Source: Candidatus Fraserbacteria bacterium (lineage in GTDB: Bacteria; Bipolaricaulota; Bipolaricaulia; RBG-16-55-9; DRXL01). Taken from it: a stretch of DNA of 64,000 nucleotides. Of the stretch, positions 19,545 through 28,423 are shown piece by piece. A program made the translations under genes and the position numbers. Each line of letters opens with the position of its first letter. The stretch's first letter is position 1. The notes under the pieces are model-generated. The model did not search any database and was not told the DNA's origin. It worked only from the letters and a program-made list of their open reading frames with translations. The stretch lies in NCBI GenBank assembly GCA_037440025.1, contig JBBIUX010000001.1:11700-75699 (forward strand). The letters are read 5' to 3'.

Positions 19545-19613
19545 GGAGATTACAGTGTAGCCCATAGCGCGGCGCTTTGCAACGACTCTGGACTTTCCTA
19601 TACACTATGCCCG

Positions 19614-20438
19614 ATGAAACTCATCTGGCATCCGAAGTGTTTAGAGTACAGCGCCCCTGGACACCCAGAGAGCCCTGAACGCTTAAGCCGCGCCTACGCC
19701 TTCTTGAGCGATCCCCAACTCGGCTATGAGTTCGTCGAGGCTGAGCCGGCTACCGAAGAAGACCTCTTGCGCGTTCACTCAGCAAGACACATCGAAGATG
19801 TGAAGAAGCTCCGCTTCTACGATCCCGACTCCCCCAGATACCCCAATATTTTTGAGTACGCGCTGCTCTCCGCAGGAGCGGCGATCCAAGCGATGAAACT
19901 CAACGGCTTCTCGCTGATGCGCCCGCCGGGGCATCACGCGGCGAAGGAGCGCGTCGCCGGGTTCTGCTATTTCAATAATATTGCGATCGCCGTCAGAGCC
20001 TCAGCGAAAAAGACTCTCATTGTAGACATAGACGGCCACCACGGCGACGGCACCCAAGCTATTTTTCTCGGCGATCCCCAAGTGCTTTATATCTCGCTGC
20101 ACAGCTTTCCCAACTACCCCGGCACGGGTCTGCGCCCTGAGCAAAACTGCTATAATTATCCGTTGCCCTTCAATTGCGGAGACGAAGTCTATCTGAAGAC
20201 GCTGGACGGAGCTCTCGAATCTGTGAATACGCCGGGGATCGAGCAGGTGGCTGTTTCGGCGGGGTTTGACACGTACTATAAAGACCCGCTGGCGTCGCTG
20301 GGGGTAACGGGCTATAAAGAGATCGGGATGCGCCTGAGCAAGTTGGGCTTACCGGTCTTTGGGGTTCTGGAAGGCGGGTATCAGGTCGAAGACCTGGGAC
20401 GGAACATTCATGCGCTGTTGAGTGGGATGAAATCCTAG
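19614..20438 (+). CDS. histone deacetylase-family (AcuC/HDAC-like) deacetylase
   Basis: RPPGHHA, DIDGHHGDGTQ, ..GGY motifs. Start moved to MKLIWHP (ATG 19614) to clear the tRNA. Confidence 0.8.
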   Translation: MKLIWHPKCLEYSAPGHPESPERLSRAYAFLSDPQLGYEFVEAEPATEEDLLRVHSARHIEDVKKLRFYDPDSPRYPNIFEYALLSAGAAIQAMKLNGFSLMRPPGHHAAKERVAGFCYFNNIAIAVRASAKKTLIVDIDGHHGDGTQAIFLGDPQVLYISLHSFPNYPGTGLRPEQNCYNYPLPFNCGDEVYLKTLDGALESVNTPGIEQVAVSAGFDTYYKDPLASLGVTGYKEIGMRLSKLGLPVFGVLEGGYQVEDLGRNIHALLSGMKS

Positions 20439-21589
20439 AGCCTCAATGCCCCGTACTCATACTGACAGGGCGGCCCGCTCGCGATAGCAAAAATTTTCTC
20501 AGTTAAGTCCATCACGACCGAAATGACGCTCTGATAGCGCTCTTCGGGCGGGAAGTTCTCGTCGGGATGGCGACAGAGCGAGTACGGGAAATCGTCGTGA
20601 TCGCGCAAGATCTCGATAGCTCGCTCAAGAGAAAGCTGAGAGCTTGTGCGCAGCAGATGCTGGACGCGAGCGAGTCGCTGTTTGGTGCTAGGGCGTTTGG
20701 AGGGCTGCACTTCGCGCGTCAATCCGACGGCTTGCGGCTGGAGAAAGTGATTGGTGTGTGCGAGCCACCCATCGTGCGCAAAAAACTGACTAATTCCCGT
20801 GGGTGCAGTCTCTAGATTGATTACTCTGTCAGGCGTCTGGGCGATGATGAAATTTGCAGAAACGCCGCGCTCGCCCTCGGTGACGACGCGCACCGCCTGA
20901 TCAAACTCTGTGCAGCGCAAGATCTCCCAACACCGCACATGGAAGGGCTTCGCCAGCAGCGCCCAGTTGTCGTGCTCCGAGTTCAACCCGTTTATAGCTA
21001 ATCCCAAGCCCGCTGAGTTGAGCCCGATCTTGCCCCCCACGATCCCCGCTTCGGTGAAACAGAGAATATCGGGTACGCCCGGCTCGTGAATCTTCAGAAT
21101 GAGCCCGTGAACGTCGGGAATCCAATCCCAGTTCTCAGCTACAAGTAGGTGTCCGTTGGCGGTCTTTGGGGGCAGCACGGCAAAGCTGGTGCAGCCGTCG
21201 GGGGCCCTCACCCCCAACCCCTCTCCCGTGGATGACCCACGGGAGAGGGGTGGCGAAGCCGGGGTGAGGGCCTGTCGCGTCACTTCGCTATAAATCAACT
21301 CGTAGCGCGCATTGAGCGCCGCGATCTCTAAGAGCTCCGCTCCAGAGCCTTCGGCCACCCCACGCATGGCTTCAGCGTGCTGCGGCGCGAGCTTTTCGAT
21401 GACGCGCAAATAGAGCCCGGCGCGTCGCAGCACTTCGGCCTTGGGGAGTTTCGTTTCGCGCTCGAAACGGTGAAAATAAATTCTGAGATTGTGCGCGATC
21501 TCTGCTCGCGCGTGTCGGCCGTGCGCGAGCCCTTGCTCGTAAGAAGAGCCTTCAAGATGCAGCATGGGCAGAGTCGTCGCGGCGCGCAT
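20435..21589 (-). CDS. peptidase C45 / acyl-CoA:6-APA acyltransferase-like Ntn hydrolase
   Basis: LEGSSYEQGLAHG N-terminus, nucleophile context DGCTSFAV. Alternative start MLHLEG at 21565. Contains the in-frame repeat 21203-21272. Confidence 0.65.
   Translation of the reverse strand: MRAATTLPMLHLEGSSYEQGLAHGRHARAEIAHNLRIYFHRFERETKLPKAEVLRRAGLYLRVIEKLAPQHAEAMRGVAEGSGAELLEIAALNARYELIYSEVTRQALTPASPPLSRGSSTGEGLGVRAPDGCTSFAVLPPKTANGHLLVAENWDWIPDVHGLILKIHEPGVPDILCFTEAGIVGGKIGLNSAGLGLAINGLNSEHDNWALLAKPFHVRCWEILRCTEFDQAVRVVTEGERGVSANFIIAQTPDRVINLETAPTGISQFFAHDGWLAHTNHFLQPQAVGLTREVQPSKRPSTKQRLARVQHLLRTSSQLSLERAIEILRDHDDFPYSLCRHPDENFPPEERYQSVISVVMDLTEKIFAIASGPPCQYEYGALRL
21203..21272. repeat. GC-rich nested palindrome inside the C45 CDS
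   Basis: GGCCCTCACCCCCAACCCCTCTCCCGTG-GATGACC-CACGGGAGAGGGGTGGCGAAGCCGGGGTGAGGGCC, translated as ..PASPPLSRGSSTGEGLGVRAP.. Confidence 0.8.
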
Positions 21590-21590
21590 C

Positions 21591-21779
21591 TCAGAACTCT
21601 TTGGCAAACGTAATCCAATCAGCAACGTAGCGTTTGAAGAGATATTTGCTTCGATCAAATTTCTCGTCGTCATAGCGGATCTCTTCGGCGCTGTAGCGAT
21701 ATTCGGGGTAGATCGCGTTGCCGATCTCGGCGATCGCTGGGTAGTCGCTTGGCTGAAACTCGCGCAGTTGTAAACTCAT
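21591..21779 (-). pseudogene. GNAT acetyltransferase N-terminal fragment (62 aa)
   Basis: MSLQLREFQPSDYPAIAEIGNAIYPEY..AEEIRY resembles a GNAT N-terminus, but the ORF stops after 62 aa, abutting the C45 start. Confidence 0.4.
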
Positions 21780-21828
21780 AAGCGAATGCTGTCCCTAAAG
21801 ATTATGCCCCTGAGTTTACTGGAACGAC

Positions 21829-21849
21829 CTGATCTCTTCAAGAGATCAG
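21829..21849 (-). terminator. perfect 10-bp-stem hairpin overlapping the DUF499 stop codon
   Basis: CTGATCTCTT-C-AAGAGATCAG. No clear U-tract, so terminator function is uncertain. Confidence 0.35.
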
Positions 21850-24536
21850 TCTTCGAAGGTGTGAGAGACGCCGTAATCGCTGAGCAGCTTCTCCAGTTCT
21901 TGTTTGAGTGTCGGCGGAATTCCGTCGGTCTCGATGACGAGTTGTACTCGGCCGGAGAGCTGCTTGAGCTGTTCCGCAGCCTTGAGGATGGGATAGAGCA
22001 TCTGGGTGTGGGTTGAGATCGTCAGGCGCTTGGGCAGGGGCGAGCCCGCTTCAGTCTTTGGTGGCAACGACTGACTAGGCGTCGTTGGAGCTTCTCCCTC
22101 AGCTACGACTGTCCCAAGATGCTCTGGGCGGGCGATCCACTGAGCTGCTTTCTCCGGTCGGATGAGCCAACCTGTGTCAAGATCTATCAGCCCTGTGCTG
22201 AGCTCTTCGTTGAACGTCACGTTCTCCAAGGGATCGCTGTGGCTCTTGCGCGTAGCGTAGCCGAATGTTCCGGCCTTCACGCCCTGAGCGACGGCGCTTC
22301 TCAGAACACCCTCATCAGCAAGCAAGGGCAACCCGGGTGTGCTGAGAAACGCTTGGTAGGCGGCCTTCAGTGCGACTTCTCCCTGCTCTTTGCCCCAGAC
22401 GAACTCTTTGATAAAGTCCGGCGCGAGCGCCTCGACCAAAAGCCCTTGATCTTTCAGAGCCTGCCAAGCCCGATCTGCCAATATGGCAGCAGCACTCAAA
22501 CTCTCTCGTGAGGTCAAACGCACTTCTTTGAGGCCCTCGCGAGTTGGGCGCACCAGTACGTTGTAGGCGCGCCGGAGCGCTTCTTGTAGCTCCTTTTGTG
22601 ACTGCTTGAAGCGCGCGTGCACGTCTGTTTGGTCCTCGTCATCGAGAGAGCGAAACTGCGCCGACGCTTTGAAAGCTTCGAGGGCTTTTTGCTTGCGGGC
22701 TTTGCTGCGCGCTGTGGCCAGCTCGCTCTGGTCAGCCAGGAGAAAGACCAGCTCGTTCTTGTGCACACGATAGCCTGAGCCACACGACTGCACGAATGAC
22801 TCCAGTTGCTTCTTGCCCTCTTCACTGGCGCTCCCTTGGGAGTGGACAATAACGAGCGTGGGCTCCGGGCGGTCTTCGATGTCACGGCTTTCCTTGGGCC
22901 ATAAAGACACGCGAAAATTCGCGCGACCGGCGATTGCACTGAGCGTTTCGCCAATGGTCTCTTCGATCCGCTCGTCGGTGACGCCGGCTTCGTAGTCTTG
23001 TAAAACTTTATTGAGATTGGGCCGGGACTCGAAGCGATAGCGCTGGTCTTTATAGACAAGATACCAGAGTCGGTCGCGCAGGCGATTGAGGGCTTCGGTG
23101 GCCAGTGCTGGGTTGAGGCCGGGGCGCAGCAAAGCCATATTAAGCTCTTCGGGTGAGGCCCCTCTATCTTGGGCAGCCGCCGAGATGCTGTAGAGAAAGA
23201 TGCTGCCGGCCAAGCCGCGCGCCAACTTCTCTCTATAATAATCGCCTCTCAACTCTTCATCTATAGCGCGGCCCTTCTCCAGAACATCGCTGGTGACGAC
23301 GGTATCGAACTCGCTCCCTAACAGTTTGACCACCTCGGAGCGCGTCGTGCGGTCGGCAAGGTCCCCATGACAGAGTTGAATGAGATAGGCAGAGCCAGGA
23401 CGCTCATGCCACAGCCGTCGGATCACTAGCGCCAAGAGTCTTAAGGCCCCGCGCGTCCGCTGAAACTGCGGATGCGGCCCCCAGCGCTGATAGAGCAAGT
23501 CAATCAGCTCAGGATGAAACGGGTAGGCTTGTTCCATGCGATTGCGATAGGCCAGCGTTCGCACGTCATCAGGGAAGGAGCGCGCATGGTCGTCGTAGTA
23601 GCTACGAAAAGCATCGGAGACGGCGCGAATCTCTTTGTTGGAGGGCAGGGTGCGAAAGAGTCGCTTCTGCAAGACCCCGAAGACCTCATCTTGCGCTACT
23701 GGGGTCTCGACCTTCTCGACGCGCCCGAAGATCTTTTTACTATAGTCGAATAATCTTTGGGCTTCTTCGGGCGTGCCCCCTGCAATTTCTAGCACGGAGG
23801 CGGGCAGCGAGACGACCAACACACAATTGGAGAGCCCTGAGGCAGCCACACTCAGCTCATGTAGAAAAGCCTGAGTCTGCTCTGAAAGATCACCTGTGCC
23901 TACGGGTACACCCTTCGCTTTGACCAGATACTGCAAGACCTCGTCCATCAAGATGAGGGCGGGGGCTGAAGCCCGTAATAGTTTCGTCAGTAGCTCGCTG
24001 CCAGGCGCGGTGCGGGCTTCATCGGCCTCACGCACCAGCTCATAGAGGGCTTTGCCGCCCAGCTTATAAGCCAATTCGCCCCAGAGCGTGCGCAGCTCTA
24101 AGCCGTCCACTTTACGGCCCTGTGGGCTGAGGGCTACGCCATCGAGAACCGCCACGGCGATGGGCTTGGAAGGCAAGGGCAACTCTCTCTTGAGAACCTC
24201 GCTCAGCAGCCTAGGCTGCCGTGCGGCGTGGTAGAGCGCCACGAGCGTGTGGGTCTTGCCGCCGCCGAAGGGTGTCTGCAGCTGCAAAACGGGCGCGCCC
24301 TTGTCTTTCTCGCCCGAGAGCCGCCCCAGCACGCCCTCTAAAAGATTCTCCAAGCTCTTCGTCATGAAAGTTTTCTCAAAGAAGCGTTCGGGCTCGGTGT
24401 AGTCTGAAGAAGCTTCGCCCGTTTCGACTTGATGGAGACTCGCGGCGAAGAGCGCCAGATTTAATTCTCCTGAAAAGACGTCGGGATGGGGCTCGCAGAG
24501 CTCCCAGACTCTGGGAATAGATTTCTTCTTGCCCAT
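21846..24536 (-). CDS. DUF499 (COG1483) AAA-type ATPase, defence-operon component
   Basis: 896 aa. N-terminus ..PHPDVFSGELNLALFAASLHQV..DYTEPERFFEKTFMT, Walker A TPFGGGKTHTLVALYH, Walker B LILMDEVLQY. Confidence 0.8.
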   Translation of the reverse strand: MGKKKSIPRVWELCEPHPDVFSGELNLALFAASLHQVETGEASSDYTEPERFFEKTFMTKSLENLLEGVLGRLSGEKDKGAPVLQLQTPFGGGKTHTLVALYHAARQPRLLSEVLKRELPLPSKPIAVAVLDGVALSPQGRKVDGLELRTLWGELAYKLGGKALYELVREADEARTAPGSELLTKLLRASAPALILMDEVLQYLVKAKGVPVGTGDLSEQTQAFLHELSVAASGLSNCVLVVSLPASVLEIAGGTPEEAQRLFDYSKKIFGRVEKVETPVAQDEVFGVLQKRLFRTLPSNKEIRAVSDAFRSYYDDHARSFPDDVRTLAYRNRMEQAYPFHPELIDLLYQRWGPHPQFQRTRGALRLLALVIRRLWHERPGSAYLIQLCHGDLADRTTRSEVVKLLGSEFDTVVTSDVLEKGRAIDEELRGDYYREKLARGLAGSIFLYSISAAAQDRGASPEELNMALLRPGLNPALATEALNRLRDRLWYLVYKDQRYRFESRPNLNKVLQDYEAGVTDERIEETIGETLSAIAGRANFRVSLWPKESRDIEDRPEPTLVIVHSQGSASEEGKKQLESFVQSCGSGYRVHKNELVFLLADQSELATARSKARKQKALEAFKASAQFRSLDDEDQTDVHARFKQSQKELQEALRRAYNVLVRPTREGLKEVRLTSRESLSAAAILADRAWQALKDQGLLVEALAPDFIKEFVWGKEQGEVALKAAYQAFLSTPGLPLLADEGVLRSAVAQGVKAGTFGYATRKSHSDPLENVTFNEELSTGLIDLDTGWLIRPEKAAQWIARPEHLGTVVAEGEAPTTPSQSLPPKTEAGSPLPKRLTISTHTQMLYPILKAAEQLKQLSGRVQLVIETDGIPPTLKQELEKLLSDYGVSHTFED

Positions 24537-24548
24537 GGCATACTCCCT

Positions 24549-24821
24549 TCAGTAGACATCGCCTCGTGACGAAATTACCTCGACAGAGACAACCTTCTTC
24601 TCCTGATCCACCTTGTACACCACGCGGAGTTTGCCTACCCGATAGCGCAACCTGCCCTTGAGTCTGCCCCAAAGCCGCTTGATGCCGTGATGCTCAAAGT
24701 CGAAAGGATCATGTTCCAAGGCTGCAAAGCATTCGTCGAGTCTCTGAGCTGTGCTCTTATCCACACGCTGGTAATAGTTTGCAGCATTCTTCGATAGCTC
24801 GACGCGATACTTAGCGTGCAT
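24549..24821 (-). CDS. relE: RelE/ParE-family toxin
   Basis: MHAKYRVELSKNA..LKGRLRYRVGKLRVVYKVDQEKKVVSVEVISSRGDVY. Start moved to ATG 24819-24821, giving an 11-nt overlap with the antitoxin. Confidence 0.75.
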   Translation of the reverse strand: MHAKYRVELSKNAANYYQRVDKSTAQRLDECFAALEHDPFDFEHHGIKRLWGRLKGRLRYRVGKLRVVYKVDQEKKVVSVEVISSRGDVY

Positions 24822-25032
24822 TGCTGCGCTTGATCTTCCGCCATGGGATAGTCTCACCGCGCTCGACCTCGGCCTTGCCTTTTTCCCAAGCTTTCATAAA
24901 AGTTTCATCTTCGAGGAGTTCTAGCGTTGCGCCCCACTCCTCCAAGCGCTCCATCAACATCAACAGATCGCGCACCATTTCGTTCGGCAGTTCGTCAATG
25001 ATTGCTTTAGCCCGCTCTTTGACCGTCATCAC
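24811..25032 (-). CDS. antitoxin (Phd/YefM- or RelB-like) partner of RelE
   Basis: 73 aa, acidic, ..ATLELLEDETFMKAWEKGKAEVERGETIPW. GTG/ATG start overlaps the methylase TGA. Confidence 0.6.
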   Translation of the reverse strand: MMTVKERAKAIIDELPNEMVRDLLMLMERLEEWGATLELLEDETFMKAWEKGKAEVERGETIPWRKIKRSNAR

Positions 25033-27782
25033 CGATCACCTTTCTCTTCAAACAACCCCTTCTGCCCGCGCGGGGTTTCGCGCAGCGACTCTCTTCTGAG
25101 CAGCCCCTCGCGCGCGGGCATCAACTGCTCCAACAGCTTACGCTCTTCGTCGCCCTCAGGCAAGACACTCACTAAAGCCTGCGCTGCCCGCCAGAAACGC
25201 TCCGCCTCTAATAATCCCTCTTCTGCTAAGAACTTCTGCAAATTCTCCAGATCGCCCTTCTCCCAGAGCACCAGCGCTTTGTGCAACCCATTGATGAGTA
25301 GGGGCACAGCGTGCTGTGCCTCTACAGGACCTTCTTGTCTTTCAAAAGATTTCGGATCGCGGTCGAGAGCCGCCAGCACTCGCACTTTGTCTTTGAGTTT
25401 CTTCGCTAAGCCCACGTGAGCCAGCGCATCCAGCTCAACTCCCAGCACCTGCGAGAGTTTTCGGGCATCATCGTAGGGCACCTCGTTGGCGTCGTAGGCC
25501 CAGCGGAAGAGCACATAGAAGCGCGTGGGCGCGTCCACTTGGCCGACGCCCTCGGTCTTTAAGATCATCTCCAGCGCGAAGTCGGCCACAAGCCGGCGCA
25601 CTTCATCTAAGAGTTCGCTCACGGTGATCGTCTCTCCCGACGGGTGTAAGACTTTGTCGTAGCGTCCGAAGATTTCTACGGCGGGGCCGATGGCGGACAC
25701 AAAGAAATCAGCGCCACTGATGCCGACTTCCCAAAATTTTTTCAGTCGGTCGCGCACGCGGGCTTCCAGTTGGGGCTTCAACTCGTGATACCAAGCCGTG
25801 GTTGATTTCGTGGGGCGTTTTCGGCACGCGAGCAGAATCGTCGAGACGATAGAACCCTTGCCACGGGTGTGGGTGCTGGCCTCCATTTCTGTGTGCACAG
25901 GCCAAGAGGCAGTTGGATAGAGTCCGGCGTTCAAGAGGCTCTGAATGAGACTTTCCCAAGCTGCTGTTGATTTATGCGTGAACATGATGACGGCAAGTCC
26001 CTCGTCTTTGAGCACGCGATGGATCTCTTGAAATGACTGGGTGAGCAAGCGTTCGTAGTGGCGGTGGGAGATGCATTTTGCGCAAGCGCAGTTGGGGTTG
26101 TCGTCTTGGTGTCGTTTGGACTTGGCCGCCGTAGCCCATCTTGCCGGGTTGTGAACGATCTCTTCGTCCTTGGGCGTCAGCTGAGTCTGAAACGCATCGG
26201 GGTAGAGATGGCCGACGGAGCGTTTGAGCCAGACGTAGAAGAAGTCTGAGAGATCGGCGTAGGGCACGTTGTCGTAGTAGGGCGGGTCGATGACGACGGC
26301 GTGTAAGCTGGAGTCTATGAAATTGCTGAGCGAAGCTGCTGAGCCGACCATGGCATTAGAGCAACTTCGCGTGCTGATTGCCTCACGAGAAACTGCAGCT
26401 TTTATCCAGTCAATGGCTCCTTCAAAGCCACCTGTGGAGATGCTGAAAGGATCAATTTCGGTGTAATCCCAAATCATGTGAAGATGATGTCCAGAAAAGG
26501 TGTTTCTGATTAGCTCTCGGCTCGTATGCCAGCTGCAAAGAATTGAGTTGTAGTCACCCAACCGATCAACCGCTAACCCCAAATACGTCGCCACGGCCTT
26601 GGCGTAGTCGTCGTTGCAGCACTCTTTTTTGATTTCTTCATGGGCTTCTCTCACCAATCTCGCAAAGGTCGCCAGCGCCAAGGCTTGACGGGGGTTGAAG
26701 TATTTGCCCCACTCCGTAAGCCCATACGTGGGACGCTGTGAGGCTCCTTGACCAATCGTGCCGGGGCTTGGCTCATCGGGAACCAGCGATAACTCGTCCT
26801 TGTGATTAGCTTTCAGCTCTTCGAGCCTTCTCGCTGCCTTCTTGAACGCCTCTATGTGCTTCGAGTTTGCGACTGCATACTGACGCCCGCTGCCACGGCC
26901 CGTGGTCTTCACGACGGCTACTAATCTATGGCCCATGCGCTCTGCCTGCGCTTCGCTTCGCAAATAATCATCATCTGCCGTCCCACCGCAGAGCAAGCAA
27001 TGGGCCGTGGCCCTTCTGACGGTTCCCTGCGACGGCCAGTCTTCGTTCGCGCCCACGGTCACGACTTCAAAATCCACTCGCTTATCGTAGTGATTCACGA
27101 TGGGCTTGAGCGCGATGCGCTTGTTGGGTTTCTTGGCGAGCCAGAACTGGCGAAAGAGCGGAATCTCTGCGCCGCACGCGGGATTGGGACAGCGCACCGT
27201 GCGCGACCAGATATATGCGATGGGCGTTGCGCCATCAGGCTCTTTGGGGTAGAATTCCGCAAGCTCCGCTCGCGCCCGCTCCAGCACCCATTTGCCCCAG
27301 CGCTCCACGTCTTCATGTAGGGGCGAACGGCCGTTCGCCCCTACACCATATCTCTGCGGGTACTCCAAGGTCGCTTTCAGAATGAGATACGCCACAGGGT
27401 TGTATTCGACGGCATATGCCTCGCAGCCCAATCTCAAAGCTTCAAGGGGAATAGAGCCGCCGCCCGCGAATGAATCTAAGACTTTGGGCGGCCCGTCGGG
27501 ATAATGCTGTCGCAAGAGTTTGCGGGCTTCTTCGATGAGCGATGGGTGCGCATCCCAGTTGCACAGATTGATGAGAAAGCGCTTCAAGCGCTCGCGCTCC
27601 TCCTCAGATTCCGGGGAGGGGAGCAGTGCTCCGAGCACCGCAGCGCGGGCCACAACCAGAGGGCGTCTGGCCCACCAGACGTGCAGCGTTGAGATGTGCC
27701 CGTGACGAATGGCCTTCTCGCGCTTGGCCTCTTTACTCAGCTCAGCCAAGGGCAAGAGGTCTTCGATGAGATAACGCTTCAT
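25029..27782 (-). CDS. DUF1156 (COG1743) Zn-ribbon N6-adenine DNA methyltransferase
   Basis: 917 aa. HISTLHVWWARRP, VLDSFAGGGSIPLEA (SAM motif I), CPNPACGAEIPL..CLLCGG, VVIDPPYYDNVPY (motif IV). Confidence 0.85.
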   Translation of the reverse strand: MKRYLIEDLLPLAELSKEAKREKAIRHGHISTLHVWWARRPLVVARAAVLGALLPSPESEEERERLKRFLINLCNWDAHPSLIEEARKLLRQHYPDGPPKVLDSFAGGGSIPLEALRLGCEAYAVEYNPVAYLILKATLEYPQRYGVGANGRSPLHEDVERWGKWVLERARAELAEFYPKEPDGATPIAYIWSRTVRCPNPACGAEIPLFRQFWLAKKPNKRIALKPIVNHYDKRVDFEVVTVGANEDWPSQGTVRRATAHCLLCGGTADDDYLRSEAQAERMGHRLVAVVKTTGRGSGRQYAVANSKHIEAFKKAARRLEELKANHKDELSLVPDEPSPGTIGQGASQRPTYGLTEWGKYFNPRQALALATFARLVREAHEEIKKECCNDDYAKAVATYLGLAVDRLGDYNSILCSWHTSRELIRNTFSGHHLHMIWDYTEIDPFSISTGGFEGAIDWIKAAVSREAISTRSCSNAMVGSAASLSNFIDSSLHAVVIDPPYYDNVPYADLSDFFYVWLKRSVGHLYPDAFQTQLTPKDEEIVHNPARWATAAKSKRHQDDNPNCACAKCISHRHYERLLTQSFQEIHRVLKDEGLAVIMFTHKSTAAWESLIQSLLNAGLYPTASWPVHTEMEASTHTRGKGSIVSTILLACRKRPTKSTTAWYHELKPQLEARVRDRLKKFWEVGISGADFFVSAIGPAVEIFGRYDKVLHPSGETITVSELLDEVRRLVADFALEMILKTEGVGQVDAPTRFYVLFRWAYDANEVPYDDARKLSQVLGVELDALAHVGLAKKLKDKVRVLAALDRDPKSFERQEGPVEAQHAVPLLINGLHKALVLWEKGDLENLQKFLAEEGLLEAERFWRAAQALVSVLPEGDEERKLLEQLMPAREGLLRRESLRETPRGQKGLFEEKGDR
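27316..27343. repeat. perfect 28-bp palindrome inside the methylase CDS
   Basis: GTAGGGGCGAACGG|CCGTTCGCCCCTAC, translated VGANGRSPL. Sister palindrome at 47407-47434. Confidence 0.85.
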
Positions 27783-28093
27783 GGCAAATCCAGCGCGAAC
27801 TTGATCGCGTCGTTGACCGATTGGATTTTGGCTGTGTTGAGAAACGTGATTCGTCTTTGTAGCCAGACTTTACGCACCGTGATCAGATTGTCGAGATTGA
27901 CAGCGCAGCGGCGAGGTAGGCCATCTGAAGGCCCGAGCTCCACCTCGGCTCGAATGCCACGAATGTGCGTCGAAACCGGCGCCACCGTCACCCACTGGCG
28001 GATGCGATACGCTTCGTTACGGGAGACCAACACCACAGGCCGACGCCCAATAGGAGCAGGCAAGTCAGCCCACCAGACTTCGCCACGCCTCAC
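27779..28093 (-). CDS. mazF: MazF/PemK-family toxin
   Basis: (V)RRGEVWWADLPAPIGRRPVVLVSRNEAY..VAPVST. GTG 28091-28093 overlaps the antitoxin TGA (GTGA). Its own TGA overlaps the methylase ATG (ATGA). Confidence 0.8.
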   Translation of the reverse strand: MRRGEVWWADLPAPIGRRPVVLVSRNEAYRIRQWVTVAPVSTHIRGIRAEVELGPSDGLPRRCAVNLDNLITVRKVWLQRRITFLNTAKIQSVNDAIKFALDLP

Positions 28094-28356
28094 TTCTCCT
28101 CCCACTCGATTTCGGCCAAGAGTTGGCGGGCTATTTGATCGACCCCCGCCATCTCTTCTTCCGTCTCGGGATACTTCCGATAGCCTTCGATGTAGCGACG
28201 GACGTCTTCCGCTTCCCGCTGCGCCTTCAGCCAATGACGGATCGCATCGGCAATCACCGCGCTTCGGGACTTCTTGAGCTGCCGACGAAACTTCTCTACG
28301 GCCCGAAACTCTTCTTTGGGTAGGCTTACTGCAATCTTCACTGTATGAGCTGCCAT
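28090..28356 (-). CDS. ribbon-helix-helix (CopG/MazE-like) antitoxin
   Basis: 88 aa. VKIAVSLPKEEFRAVEKFRRQLKKSRSAVIADAIRHWL RHH signature. Confidence 0.75.
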   Translation of the reverse strand: MAAHTVKIAVSLPKEEFRAVEKFRRQLKKSRSAVIADAIRHWLKAQREAEDVRRYIEGYRKYPETEEEMAGVDQIARQLLAEIEWEEK

Positions 28357-28423
28357 GATTCACCTCACAGTATGAACAAATGCATACTCAGTATAACTCT
28401 GGCGGACGGGCACTGTCAAACGC

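Noticed and set aside
19260-19613. N-terminal extension of the HDAC-like ORF (392-aa version)
   Set aside because: It runs antisense through tRNA-Ser and the aminotransferase start. The conserved protein begins at MKLIWHP (19614).
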